A stretch of DNA of 64,000 bases from Sedimentisphaerales bacterium (GCA_963667715.1 OY763926.1:213486-277485); one strand, 5' to 3'. Counted from the stretch's first letter, positions 28,146 to 38,997 are shown. Numbers and translations: made by a program. The notes: generated by a model from the letters alone, not told the origin.

Positions 28146-31100
28146 ATGACTAAGAAAAAGAATGATCCGGGTTTTAGCGGCTGGCTTGCTGATCTTCTCA
28201 GCTTTGCCGGTTCTATGCTTAGCCTAGCTCGTTCGCATGCACCCCGCAGACATTCACCTCGTAAACGTATCCGCAAGCGGATAGTAGCATCAATTTTACT
28301 GGCCGTTATTGTCTGTTCCTTTTCACTGGCCAGTTATAATCTGGTTGGCGAACGATTTAATGACCATATTATCAATGCACTTGGGCGTATTACTGGTGGT
28401 GAAGTTGATATCGAACGGTCGCAAATTAATATTCTCAGCGATATTCGTATTAATAGGTTAAAGGTCTATATTCCCGGTAAGTCTCATGATGATCGATACC
28501 TGATCTTTAGTGCAGAGGATATTCTGCTGGCCTATGATCCGTGGAGTATCTTTACGGCTCAGTTGAAGATCGATAAGATCGTTGCGAGCCATGCACTTTT
28601 GAATATGTCGTATGATCACAATGGGAAGCAGTGGAATATTAATCAGCTTAAACTGAAGCTGCCGTCATCGTCAGGTTCGAGGTCGGAGACATTTCCTGAA
28701 TTTATAATTCGTGATTCATATATTCAATATCAGGAGTCACACGGTAATATTTATTCGCTGCCGGTTCGTCAGGAGTTTAATGGTAAGATCGCACGCAGTA
28801 GAGATGAGAAGATAATCCTGTTTGATTTTGCCAGCGATGACCTGACGATGCTGCCGAACTGTTCGATAGCGGGCAGTTATGATCCGGAAAAAGTAGAGCT
28901 GGAAGCGCGGATGAAATTCGACATGGAGAATTTTGCGACTGATAGTCTGCCACCGAACCTTGTGGCTTTCCGGGAGCTGTATAAGACGATAAAGCCGCGT
29001 GGTGAAGTTGTTCTTAAAAGTGTTTATAGTAAGAGTGCTGGTAACCAGGTAAGTGTTGTATTTGATAATGCGTCAGCAAGTATTGATTGGCTGGGTTCGG
29101 GAGCTGAGCTGCCGCTGCCGTCGATAAGCGGTGAGGTAGTCTGTACAACTCAGATGACACAGGTGAATGATATAACAGTTAATTATGCTGATGCCTCGTT
29201 TAGCGTATCGGGAAGGGTTAACGGCTACTCTGGTGATTCGCAGATCGATCTTGAGATTAGTAGTAAAGGTCTTAACCTACCGCGGGATCAGTGGGATAGT
29301 TTTGATATAATGACCTCAAGTATATTTGATGTGAAAAAGCTGAACCAGCTGAGCGAGCAGGCGATAGATAGCGGGTCATTTAAGCCGGTATTGAATATGC
29401 TGGTGTCGGCTATGCCGGATAAGAATAAGAAGATATTCAATGACTTTTTGCCAACCGGTAAGGCTGACGTTGATATTTTCTTTATCAGGCAGGATGGTAA
29501 AAATGCGGTAGTGGGCGATATAGACCTTATCGATGTTGCAGGTCGGTTCATTAAGTTTCCGTATGCCGTGGGCGGGGTATCTGGTAAGGTCAGCTTTGAG
29601 CCGGGTTATATTGATTTCGGCCCTATTGTTACTAAAGATGAGGGTATGGACGTTGCGGTTAATGGCTCGGCGTTTAAGAATGAGCAGAATAAATGGGATA
29701 TTAGTGCAGACGTTGATATAAAGAATATAACGGTGAGTCAGAAGCTATACAAAGCTTTGAACGAGAAACAGCAAAAGATCTTTGACCTGTTTGAGCCGGT
29801 AGGTGATGCGGATGCACATTATAATGTTCACGTTATCCGGGGCGAGAAGCCGGACGATCATCTGGATATAAAGTTTCGTAATTGTGATGCGGTATTTCGA
29901 CTGTTTCCGGTTGAGCTGAAAGATTGTTATGGCGAGGTGAACTGGGATCGCAAGCATACGAGCTTTAAGGTTGAGCGTGCAGTGCTGGGGGGTGGCAGTC
30001 TTGAAGTTGCGGGCAGTCTGGATGTGCGAGAAGGTCAGACGATACTAGATTGTGACCTGGAGTTTGACAAGGTGGCTTTGGAGCCGACTTTGGTGAAAGA
30101 GCTGCCGAGTGCGATTCGTGGTTTTTACGATAAGGTTTCAGCCAGAGGAGAGTTGTCTGGTTCGGGTAAGGTAAGCAAGGTATTTGACGTTTCACTTGAT
30201 CAGATAGTAGATAGTGAAGAGAAGCTTGCTCCGCCAGAACATAATATTGATCTGAAGCTGGTGGATGGTTCGATGGTATATTCTGAGCTGCCGATCCCGC
30301 TGGAAGATGTTGAGGCGCGGGTGAATATTAGTAATTCGGTTTTGACAATAAAGGAATTTAGTGCGGTTTATAAAAATGCGATCGATTCAGGAAGTCGCAG
30401 GGCGGTATCGAAAGAGTTGGGGCCGATCGTATCGCCGGTACAACTTAAGGGGACAATTGAAAAGGGCGGAGCAGACATTCGGCTTTGGAGCGATGGTCTA
30501 TATCTAAGGTCTGAGATCCGCGACTATGTTGAGGGTCGGTTCCCGGGGCTATGGCAGAAGTATACGCCGGAGGGGATTGCTGATGTGGATATTTCGTTTA
30601 AGACTGGGGTTGGTAAGTCGCTAAAGTATAACTGTGATATAAAGCCGGTGGAGATGAATGCTTCGTTTATGGGTTATCCGCTGCGAGCGCTGGGTGGGAG
30701 GATGATACTGTCGCCTGGTATGATCGAGCTGAAGGCATTTACGGTTCAGAATGGTCAGATAGTTGTCGATGCGGAGTTGGGCTATGATGGAGATAGCAGG
30801 AATTATCAGCTAGAGCTAAATACTGAAAAGCTACCGATCGATGAGGCATTGAAGCAGGCGTTTGCTGATAAGGTGTATCTGTTGGGAGAAGAGTTTGACC
30901 TTACTGGTGAGCTGACGAGTGAGGTCAAGATCCATGCTGACAGTGATTCGCCAGATGAGATGAGCTGGCTGGCAGATGGCAGGGCAACGCTAATTGACGG
31001 AAGTGCGAAGCTGCCGCTTGAGAGTAAGGGTGTTTATTCAGACTTCGACTTTGAGATAGTATATGAGCAGGGTAAGGGCGGACTTGAGCTGAAGGCGGAG

Positions 31101-31865
31101 TCGGATAATTTTAGTGCGCTGGTGAAAGAGCGTCCGGTGAAAAATGGTGTAATGAAACTGGACTATAATAGTGACGATAAAGTATTGGATGTGAATGTTC
31201 CGTCAGTGCGATTTTGTGATGGGCCGGCGAGCGGTTCATTTAATGCGCTGCTAGATGGGAGCGGGACATATTCAGTTATATTGAATATGAAGCGGGCGAG
31301 TCTGGAACAGCTGGTGCAGGCGAAGGAAGATAATATAAGTCTCAAGGGTGTAGCCGATGGCGTATTCAAGCTGTCGTCGGTAGGTGAAACGAAAAAGGGT
31401 AGTTTTGAGTTTCAGGTATATGATGCAACTCTCGGTAAGCTGCCGCTGCTGGTGGGGATGCTGAATCTGGTCAATATTACCTCATCGCACGAAGGGGCAT
31501 TTAACCGGGCCTCGATCAGCGGTGATATTGTGAATGATCGAACACAGTTTTCAGAGCTGACCTTTAAGGGGGGCTCGATAGAGGTTACGGGCAAGGGAAG
31601 TATGGTAGGCCCGTTCTCGAGTGATGGGGATAAGCTTGGCGATATAGACCTGTCGTTTATGGTGGAGGCTCCAGATATAATAAAGCCGATACCGTTTATA
31701 GGTAGTTTCTTTAATGCGATCCGGAGCGGGATAATATATGTTCAGGCTTCTGGTAAGTATGATAAGCCGGTGATCAAGCCAGTGACGTTTTCGGTTATTA
31801 ATGACCTGTTCAAGGATTATCGGACGCGCAGGAAGATAGAAGTATCGGAGCCGTCGGTTAAATAG
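28146..31865 (+). CDS. AsmA/TamB-like large envelope protein (function uncertain)
   Basis: 1239 aa from MTKKKNDPGF. It has a single N-terminal TM (IVASILLAVIVCSFSLASY) followed by long beta-rich repetitive sequence, as in AsmA-family proteins. Confidence 0.55.
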   Translation: MTKKKNDPGFSGWLADLLSFAGSMLSLARSHAPRRHSPRKRIRKRIVASILLAVIVCSFSLASYNLVGERFNDHIINALGRITGGEVDIERSQINILSDIRINRLKVYIPGKSHDDRYLIFSAEDILLAYDPWSIFTAQLKIDKIVASHALLNMSYDHNGKQWNINQLKLKLPSSSGSRSETFPEFIIRDSYIQYQESHGNIYSLPVRQEFNGKIARSRDEKIILFDFASDDLTMLPNCSIAGSYDPEKVELEARMKFDMENFATDSLPPNLVAFRELYKTIKPRGEVVLKSVYSKSAGNQVSVVFDNASASIDWLGSGAELPLPSISGEVVCTTQMTQVNDITVNYADASFSVSGRVNGYSGDSQIDLEISSKGLNLPRDQWDSFDIMTSSIFDVKKLNQLSEQAIDSGSFKPVLNMLVSAMPDKNKKIFNDFLPTGKADVDIFFIRQDGKNAVVGDIDLIDVAGRFIKFPYAVGGVSGKVSFEPGYIDFGPIVTKDEGMDVAVNGSAFKNEQNKWDISADVDIKNITVSQKLYKALNEKQQKIFDLFEPVGDADAHYNVHVIRGEKPDDHLDIKFRNCDAVFRLFPVELKDCYGEVNWDRKHTSFKVERAVLGGGSLEVAGSLDVREGQTILDCDLEFDKVALEPTLVKELPSAIRGFYDKVSARGELSGSGKVSKVFDVSLDQIVDSEEKLAPPEHNIDLKLVDGSMVYSELPIPLEDVEARVNISNSVLTIKEFSAVYKNAIDSGSRRAVSKELGPIVSPVQLKGTIEKGGADIRLWSDGLYLRSEIRDYVEGRFPGLWQKYTPEGIADVDISFKTGVGKSLKYNCDIKPVEMNASFMGYPLRALGGRMILSPGMIELKAFTVQNGQIVVDAELGYDGDSRNYQLELNTEKLPIDEALKQAFADKVYLLGEEFDLTGELTSEVKIHADSDSPDEMSWLADGRATLIDGSAKLPLESKGVYSDFDFEIVYEQGKGGLELKAESDNFSALVKERPVKNGVMKLDYNSDDKVLDVNVPSVRFCDGPASGSFNALLDGSGTYSVILNMKRASLEQLVQAKEDNISLKGVADGVFKLSSVGETKKGSFEFQVYDATLGKLPLLVGMLNLVNITSSHEGAFNRASISGDIVNDRTQFSELTFKGGSIEVTGKGSMVGPFSSDGDKLGDIDLSFMVEAPDIIKPIPFIGSFFNAIRSGIIYVQASGKYDKPVIKPVTFSVINDLFKDYRTRRKIEVSEPSVK

Positions 31866-32014
31866 TGGGAACTTATATACAATTATTAAATTATACATAA
31901 TTATCTGTTATGTAAATGTAAAATCTTATTAATCATTAGTTTGGGTTGGAAAAAGTACAAAATAGTCTAAGAAAAGACTTGCAAGAAATTGGTACTAAAC
32001 TTACAATGTGCCTC

Positions 32015-32147
32015 CGTTTTTAGAGGGGCTAACCGACCGCCTGGGGCGGACTGGATCTTGGAGCCAGCTCCGGTTTATCGGAGACAGATTGTAGTAAGAG
32101 GCGGTAAAGAGTATAGATGTTTCATTCCCGTATTGCGTGGGAATACG
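32015..32147 (+). repeat. M1 element copy D (long form, stand-alone, ~150 nt upstream of the capD-like gene)
   Basis: GGGGCTAACC, then GACCGCCtggGGCGGAC, then CTGGATCTT, then GGAGCcaGCTCC/CTCCGGtttaTCGGAG, then CAGATTG. The terminal hairpin ATTCCCgtattgcgtGGGAAT has a different stem sequence from copies A and C. Confidence 0.55.
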
Positions 32148-32300
32148 TTAAAAAGTCGCATGCGATATGTGATTTAGGCCCGATAATGTTATATTTTACT
32201 TAATGATAGCGGAGCTTTTTGATAGAATAGAAATTAGAACATTTTCCATTTAGATTAATCAAGATTCTAATTTTTATATCTCTAAAGAGCTCAATATTTT

Positions 32301-34319
32301 ATGACGATAAATACCACTATGGAAAGAGATTTGACCGATAGTCGCTACGGTGCTGGCACAATGAGCACGAAAAGTCTTTTGATCTGGAAGGGCAGGATCG
32401 TATTTGCTCATCTGGTATTCTTCTGGCTTAGCTTGTTTATGAGCTTTGTTGTTCTGAATCAGATGCAGATCAACGAATGGTTCGGTCCGGTATTCTGGAA
32501 TGTGTTCTTAGCTATAACAGCAATCAAGCTGGTAGTTTATGGTCTATTCAGGCAATATCAGGGCTGGTGGCGATATGTAAGTGTATCTGACCTGTTCAGT
32601 ATAATCAAAGCAACTCATGCAAGTCTGTTGATAATCATCGTGGCGTATTATGTGTGTCTGTACTATTGTCCATCGATTTTGGGCGAATATGAGCCGATTA
32701 AGGGTACAATAATCCCGATTTTGCAGAGTGATAAGCTATCGCCGTCAACCTTTGTGGCGGATTGGGTGGCGACAATCTGTACGGTATGTGGTTCGAGATT
32801 GTTGATAAGATTGTATTTTGAAGAGAGCCAGCAGGTAGTACCAGGTAGGCTAACTCGTATTTTGATAGTAGGTGCCGGTAATGCTGGCGAGACATTGCTG
32901 CGAGAGATACGCAGGATGTCGGTATTGAAGTATGAGGTTGTTGGTTTTGTAGATGATAACCCGCGCAAGCGTGGCATGCGAATTCATGGTGTAGAGGTGC
33001 TTGGTAATACAGGCGAGATCAAGAAGATCGCTAAGGAAAAGGCGATCGATGAGCTGGTTATCGCTATGCCGTCGGCAAATCGTAAAGAGCTTCGTCATGT
33101 TATTTCGCAATGTGAAGGATCTAACCTAAAGTTCAGTACGGTACCAGATCTGGTTTCTATAGCTGCTGGTAAGGTTGCCGTCTCGCAGATGAGGGATGTT
33201 GATATTAACGACCTGCTTGGTCGTGACCCGATAACGCTGGACATAGAACAGATAAGCAGTTTTCTGAATAATAAGGTGGTTATGGTGACTGGTGCGGGCG
33301 GTTCGATCGGATCGGAGATGTGCCGTCAGATCTGTCAGTTCGGTCCAAAGCGTTTGCTGCTGGTCGAGCAGGCAGAGAACCCGCTGTTCCATATAGAAAG
33401 AGAGCTACAGGCGAACTATCCATCGGTTTCATTGAGGCCGATAATATGTGATATATCAGATGGCGTACGAGTAGATCGGGTATTTTCAGAGAATAAGCCA
33501 GAGGTTGTAATTCATGCGGCGGCACATAAGCATGTGCCGTTGATGGAGGCTAACCCGGGCGAGGCGTTTAAGAATAATGTTTCCGGTACCCGTAATGTTG
33601 CTTATGCATCAGATAAATACGGAGCGAAGAATTTTGTGATGATCTCTACGGATAAGGCGGTGAACCCGACGAGTATAATGGGCTCGAGTAAGCGTTTTGC
33701 CGAGATGGTTATCCAGGGTTTGAACGTTCGTAGTAAGACCGACTTTATAACAGTTCGTTTTGGTAATGTGCTGGGTTCCAATGGTTCGGTAGTGCCGATC
33801 TTTACTAAGCAGATCATGGCTGGCGGGCCGGTAACGGTAACGCACCCAGATATGCAGCGATATTTTATGACGATCCCGGAAGCGTCGCAGCTGGTACTTC
33901 AGGCGGCGACAATGGGTAAGGGCGGCGAGGTCTTTTTACTAGATATGGGAGAGCCGGTTAAGATCGCAGATCTGGCGCGTGAGCTTATCACACTGAGCGG
34001 ATATCGGCCAGATGAAGATATCGAGATAAAGTTTACCGGAATGCGTCCGGGTGAGAAGCTATTTGAAGAGCTTAGTATTGCAGGTGAGGATATGAAGCCG
34101 ACACCGCATCCGAAGATCGCTGTCTGGCAGAATATTCCGGCAGATGAGACAGAGCTGCATAGTGCAATTGATGAAATGCTGAGAGTTGCTGATACGGCGA
34201 GCTATGATGAGATCGTTTCGATAATAAAGCGGATCATCCCGGAATATGTTGGCGATGTAGATAGTAAAATGCTGCACGACGAGCATGTGAAGAACATGGG
34301 TCGGGTCGGGTGTAACTGA
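32301..34319 (+). CDS. Membrane-anchored nucleotide-sugar 4,6-dehydratase/epimerase (CapD/PglF/WbpM family)
   Basis: N-terminal TM segments, Rossmann motif VMVTGAGGSIGSE and catalytic region ISTDKAVNPTSIMGSSKR. Confidence 0.9.
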   Translation: MTINTTMERDLTDSRYGAGTMSTKSLLIWKGRIVFAHLVFFWLSLFMSFVVLNQMQINEWFGPVFWNVFLAITAIKLVVYGLFRQYQGWWRYVSVSDLFSIIKATHASLLIIIVAYYVCLYYCPSILGEYEPIKGTIIPILQSDKLSPSTFVADWVATICTVCGSRLLIRLYFEESQQVVPGRLTRILIVGAGNAGETLLREIRRMSVLKYEVVGFVDDNPRKRGMRIHGVEVLGNTGEIKKIAKEKAIDELVIAMPSANRKELRHVISQCEGSNLKFSTVPDLVSIAAGKVAVSQMRDVDINDLLGRDPITLDIEQISSFLNNKVVMVTGAGGSIGSEMCRQICQFGPKRLLLVEQAENPLFHIERELQANYPSVSLRPIICDISDGVRVDRVFSENKPEVVIHAAAHKHVPLMEANPGEAFKNNVSGTRNVAYASDKYGAKNFVMISTDKAVNPTSIMGSSKRFAEMVIQGLNVRSKTDFITVRFGNVLGSNGSVVPIFTKQIMAGGPVTVTHPDMQRYFMTIPEASQLVLQAATMGKGGEVFLLDMGEPVKIADLARELITLSGYRPDEDIEIKFTGMRPGEKLFEELSIAGEDMKPTPHPKIAVWQNIPADETELHSAIDEMLRVADTASYDEIVSIIKRIIPEYVGDVDSKMLHDEHVKNMGRVGCN

Positions 34320-34691
34320 TATTATTTATCCGTAGATTATTTTTGAGGTGTTTGCTGGGGCGAACGGCTTATTGATTAATTTGCACAGATTTAAGAATGA
34401 AATTATAGATATGAATGACCCTGGTGTGTTTTTGCATCAGGGTTATTTTTTTTTGGGGAAAATAGAATTAAGAGGAAGATTTAACGCAAGGTCGCTAAGA
34501 CGCAAAGATTTGGTTGGCGGTATTGGGGATTTGTGAGTTTGTGACTTTGGTTGGGGAGTAAGGAAGAAGACTAAAGAATCCCGATGTGCATCGGGAAATG
34601 GCCGGAACTCTTGCGTGAAGAGATGGATGGCGGGATGGGGGATTAGGGAGTTTGCTGGGATTAGTAGAGACGCAAAATCTTGCGTCTCTAC
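34320..34691 (+). repeat. Mosaic intergenic cluster C9 (a, c-variant, j, class-2 REP)
   Basis: Module a is at 34329-34397 with stem GTTTGC..GCGAAC (wobble). Module j contains TCCCGATGTGCATCGGGA. Confidence 0.8.
34664..34691. repeat. Class-2 REP R2-6 (GTAG on both strands)
   Basis: GTAGAGACGCAAaatcTTGCGTCTCTAC. The TAG stop of the 34688-37417 gene is the TAG of the minus-strand GTAG. Confidence 0.75.
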
Positions 34692-37417
34692 TTGTAGGTT
34701 GGTTTTTGGGGTTGGGATGGCCAGTAGAGACGGTCTTGCCATGTGGCGTTGTTGTTGGTCATGTCGTCGCCGTAGCTGTATAGTATGAAGTCGTTGTCTG
34801 TAGTTTTGTATATAAGTGTGGTGTCGCTGTAGGGGTCTGTTGGTATCTGGTCGATATAGCCGGAGGTTTGTAGAGTTTGCAGGGAGTCGGGTAGTTTGTT
34901 ATTTGCCAGCTGGTATTTTTTGATCGCGATAATAGTTGCTGTTGCCTGTATTTCTGAGATGCCGTTGTAGGTGATATCTCGCATGCGGGAATAATAGCCG
35001 CATTGATTACGCATTATATCGTTACTTAGAATTATCTTATTGATCTCAATTCTGGCGTTAGTGTCGGTGTATTCATATTCAAATGGTGTTAGTTGTTTGC
35101 TCTGGTCCAGGAGTTTCATTATTTGTTCATTAGCGTTTATAATCTGCTTCTCTGACGGGCCAAACATTGAGATATGTGCCATAGCGAATTTGTTACGAAT
35201 TTCAGGTCTTCTGTCTTTGGTTTCGGTGGTGAGCAGACCATGCCAGGCGAGGTGGCCGCTGCCGTTTTTTGAAGGAGAGAAGCTTCTCTGTAGAGTGTCA
35301 TAAAAGTACAGGTTACTACCTGCATATGAAATTGTCATTGGTGTATCGGCCATGCTATTTATTATGCTTGTGAGTGTTTCCAGATTGGCGCTGTTGGGGT
35401 TAGAGTTTTTTAATAGCATTCTGGATAGTACAGCTGCTTTAGATCGGTAGCTGATGGTGACGATTTGTTCGATAAGCAGGCTGTTTTCTGACCAAAGCTG
35501 GTTGGCCATTTTGTTTATGCTATCTATGTGTTGGATCGCTTGAGTGGTATTGCCGTCGGCGATGTTTACGATGGTGCTGCAATAGAGCAGGTAAAAGATA
35601 TTTCTCATATTGCTCAGGTCGGGGAGCTGTACAAAGAATGCTCCATTATCGGCTTTTCGTTCGATATAATAATAGGGTAGCTCGACGGCGGATTCTATAG
35701 TAGTCAGAGCCTGGCTATTGGCTTTTGTCCACAGGCGATATTGTTCTATAACTTCGCTGTCGGGGAAGATGTCTTTGTTGTAGTTTCTGAATGTGTCCGG
35801 GATAGGTGATATTATATTTTCTAACTGTTGGTATATTGGGAATGAGTTGTTTGCCTGTGTGAAGTTTTCTGGTATGCGGTTTTGGTTATATATTTTAACA
35901 TAATCTATATCTGCTACGGGTGTGACGGTTGCGTAGTAGGTGAGCTTGAGGGCGAAGAATAATAATACAGCTGCGCAGCCGAGAAGGATGCGGTTGCATA
36001 TCTTGTATGACTCTGTGCAGATTACTTTGAGAGCAATTATAAAGAGCAGCCATTGGGCGGCGGCGATATATGGAAATGGTTTGAAAATATTCTTGTAGCT
36101 TGAAAGTGAGAGGGTGTCGTTACGGAATATTTCGGGTAGTTTGTATGTGTCGTGTATTATTACAATTGCCACGAGAGAGAACACGACTATCAGCAGGTTG
36201 GTCAGTAGTGAAAGTAAATGATGCTTGCGCGTGAGCAGTTTTGTGAAAAGAGCAATTGGGATAACTGCGGTCATCATTATCCAGCCGAGTATGACATCGT
36301 TATATTTTAGATATATATTTCTGAAGATGTGTATCTTGTCCGGTAGGGTGTCAATTAGTATGTAGTTTAGGCCGGCTATTATAGTGCCAACGATAAGGGT
36401 TAGGATAGCTGATAAGGTGGCGATGATAAGTGCGGCCCGGAAGCGTTCTTTGCGTCCGCCGGCGGTGAGGTGTGTTGAGTCGATGTTGAGGTTGACCCTG
36501 GCGGCGGTCATGGCGATTATTATCATGATCACATGTTTTGCGCCGGGCAGATAGCCGATGGTGGCGCCGACTATTAGCAGGGTGAGTAGTCCCTTTATAC
36601 TCAATAGTTTTGACAGTGGCATAGCAAGTGAGCTGTATATACCGCCGATGATGAATTGTCTGGATGAGTTGTTTTTTGTGTTGCTGAGTTTTCTGGTGAA
36701 GTAACCTTCAATGAACCAGCTGATATTGTCGCGAGAGTCTTTGCCTTTTAATTGCCGGCGTAGAAGTTTTTCGCGACGAATTTTATCGGGGTTAGCGGTT
36801 AGTCCGTCGATGGCTTTACCGCAATATTTACGAGCTATACTGTCGCGGCTGAGCAGCTGCCAGGCGGTGAGGTTGATAATTATTCCGATGATAATCAGAG
36901 TGTAGGGATATATTACTATTGCCAGGTATGAGAGCGGGCCATTATTGTAGTCTATGATGGGCAGCCCGGCAACGATCAATATTGTTAGAACCGGTATGTT
37001 TATGAGTATCAGGCTGAGTACGGTTAGCCAGTATAGAGTTGTTAGCAGAGCAAACGCGGCGGTGCAGGAGATGAGAGTTTGGGATAGAATCATTTGTGGC
37101 TGGATATTGATATAGCATATAGACCATAGTGCACTTAGAGTGAGACCGCAGGCAAAGAGGAAGTTTCTGGGTACAGAGCGATGGCCGGGCATGCAATATG
37201 ACATGGGCTTATTGATGACTTCAGCGGCCATAGAGCTGATATACATACCGGTGAACATGATCCAGATCAGGGGCATGCCTAATGTCTTACTGACAGGTGC
37301 CTGTAGGGTGAAGGTTACCGCAACAATTACATAAGCGGTGAGGGAGAGCATGAAGATCGCGAGCCAGTTTATTCGCCGCTGATATATGTGTTTTAGGTTT
37401 GCTGTTAGTATGTTCAT
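34688..37417 (-). CDS. Large polytopic membrane protein with extracytoplasmic C-terminal domain ending in a GspG/pseudopilin-like segment
   Basis: 909 aa. The N-terminus MNILTANLKHIYQRRINW is paralogous to that of the neighbouring 455-aa protein, and there are more than 10 TM segments. The C-terminus reads KLPDSLQTLQTSGYIDQIPTDPYSDTTLIYKTTDNDFILYSYGDD. Confidence 0.6.
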   Translation of the reverse strand: MNILTANLKHIYQRRINWLAIFMLSLTAYVIVAVTFTLQAPVSKTLGMPLIWIMFTGMYISSMAAEVINKPMSYCMPGHRSVPRNFLFACGLTLSALWSICYINIQPQMILSQTLISCTAAFALLTTLYWLTVLSLILINIPVLTILIVAGLPIIDYNNGPLSYLAIVIYPYTLIIIGIIINLTAWQLLSRDSIARKYCGKAIDGLTANPDKIRREKLLRRQLKGKDSRDNISWFIEGYFTRKLSNTKNNSSRQFIIGGIYSSLAMPLSKLLSIKGLLTLLIVGATIGYLPGAKHVIMIIIAMTAARVNLNIDSTHLTAGGRKERFRAALIIATLSAILTLIVGTIIAGLNYILIDTLPDKIHIFRNIYLKYNDVILGWIMMTAVIPIALFTKLLTRKHHLLSLLTNLLIVVFSLVAIVIIHDTYKLPEIFRNDTLSLSSYKNIFKPFPYIAAAQWLLFIIALKVICTESYKICNRILLGCAAVLLFFALKLTYYATVTPVADIDYVKIYNQNRIPENFTQANNSFPIYQQLENIISPIPDTFRNYNKDIFPDSEVIEQYRLWTKANSQALTTIESAVELPYYYIERKADNGAFFVQLPDLSNMRNIFYLLYCSTIVNIADGNTTQAIQHIDSINKMANQLWSENSLLIEQIVTISYRSKAAVLSRMLLKNSNPNSANLETLTSIINSMADTPMTISYAGSNLYFYDTLQRSFSPSKNGSGHLAWHGLLTTETKDRRPEIRNKFAMAHISMFGPSEKQIINANEQIMKLLDQSKQLTPFEYEYTDTNARIEINKIILSNDIMRNQCGYYSRMRDITYNGISEIQATATIIAIKKYQLANNKLPDSLQTLQTSGYIDQIPTDPYSDTTLIYKTTDNDFILYSYGDDMTNNNATWQDRLYWPSQPQKPTYK

Positions 37418-37629
37418 GGTTGTAACCTCGTTGTTTAAGGTTGTAAGGAGCGGTTTTTCCGCTTTGTGGTCAGGCTGGATTTGATTGTGGGTCTAGCCTG
37501 ATGTGATTTTTTAATGATACCCTTACGGTTTCCCTTTAGATGATAATATGTAATAGTGTGTATATGCCATATGTAATTCGAATAAGTTTTATGATAATAT
37601 TCATGGTTGTTTTTATATGTGTGTTGGTT

Positions 37630-38997
37630 TTACTGATAAGATAGTTGGCCACGCAGGCATATTCTTCTTAGCAGGTGTGTGTATAATAGCCATAAGGCGA
37701 CTGCGGATATGGTAAATATAATTTGCCAGTGCAATTGTAGTGATAAGTTGTGTGATGCAATAGCTGTGCTAATTAATGCACCTTGCAGAGCGGCTACTGT
37801 TATTATCTTTCTGCTTTTGAGTCTTATGCATAGCAGGTTGAAAATAGCACAGGCTGGTGTGAGTGTTATGGCTATGGGCAATAGTTCAAGGCTGTCTATT
37901 GCGTTATATGTGAAGTTCTTGATCGGCGGCAGGATAGCTTCCAGCGAGATTGAGGCGACGGCCAGAATAGCAGTCAGGCAATAAGCGACGATCATGTATG
38001 TTAGCATGAGCAGTAATGCTGTTTTGAACCTGGCTTTACGACCGCCGGTTATGGTCTGTTGTGAATATATGTTAGTATCGCAGATGGCGGCGATGACCAT
38101 AGGCAGTAATAGCAGTCCGCAGTTTAGTCTGGGGAAATAGCCGATGTAGATAAAAGCGGCACTGCATACGAGCCACATCCAGATATTTTTGATCTGGGAA
38201 ATGCTTAGTGCAGAAGTTTTGTACAGGGCGCTCCAGTAGTAGTGGCTGGTACTGGCAGGCTGAGAGTTTGCTAGTTTGTTCATAAAGAAGCGTTCGACGA
38301 AGCTGGCGACCATTGTGCTCTTTTTATTTTTGAGCTGGGCCTGTTTGTAGTTGTTTCTTTTGAGATTTTCTATTTTTCTGTCGTTGAAGGTATTGAAGCC
38401 TACGTATGCTTTGCCGCAGAGGCTTCTGCTAACCTCGACATTACCGAGATATAGCCAGGTGCGATAGCTGAGATATATGGCACACAGTATCACCAGGTAT
38501 GGGATATGGTGCAGAAGGGCCTGGTTGATATTATCTATTTTGCTGGTGAGCATAAAGAGTGAGAAGCTGCAAAAGCCGAGCGACCAGTTTTTAAGTTTCA
38601 GGGTGAGCATAATGCCGGAGAGATAGGCGAGCCAGTAGAGGCTGACCATAGAACCCAGCGCGGAATAGCTTTGGAGGGTGGCTATGCCGTTGGCGATAAG
38701 GTGCAGGGCGGAGAGTAGGATAGTGACTCCAGCGCCAAGAACTATTAGCAGCGTGCGATTTATGTATCTGTGGTTAGGCAGGCAATATGACATGGGGCAG
38801 GCGGTGGTCTCTGCGTACATTCCACCAATGACTGAGCCGAGCACGATAAGCCAGGCGGCGGGCATGGTAAGAAGCATTAGTTCGGCCTGCCATACGCATA
38901 TGATGGCAAATACCATCATAGGTATCATGAATATGGATATCGCCCACATTGCGGGGCGTTGATATAAATGTTTTAAATTTGCTGTTGCAATACTCAT
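37630..38997 (-). CDS. Polytopic membrane protein (putative permease partner of the ABC ATPase)
   Basis: 455 aa from MSIATANLKHLYQRPAMW (start moved 17 codons into the track ORF). About 12 hydrophobic segments. Confidence 0.6.
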   Translation of the reverse strand: MSIATANLKHLYQRPAMWAISIFMIPMMVFAIICVWQAELMLLTMPAAWLIVLGSVIGGMYAETTACPMSYCLPNHRYINRTLLIVLGAGVTILLSALHLIANGIATLQSYSALGSMVSLYWLAYLSGIMLTLKLKNWSLGFCSFSLFMLTSKIDNINQALLHHIPYLVILCAIYLSYRTWLYLGNVEVSRSLCGKAYVGFNTFNDRKIENLKRNNYKQAQLKNKKSTMVASFVERFFMNKLANSQPASTSHYYWSALYKTSALSISQIKNIWMWLVCSAAFIYIGYFPRLNCGLLLLPMVIAAICDTNIYSQQTITGGRKARFKTALLLMLTYMIVAYCLTAILAVASISLEAILPPIKNFTYNAIDSLELLPIAITLTPACAIFNLLCIRLKSRKIITVAALQGALISTAIASHNLSLQLHWQIIFTISAVALWLLYTHLLRRICLRGQLSYQ

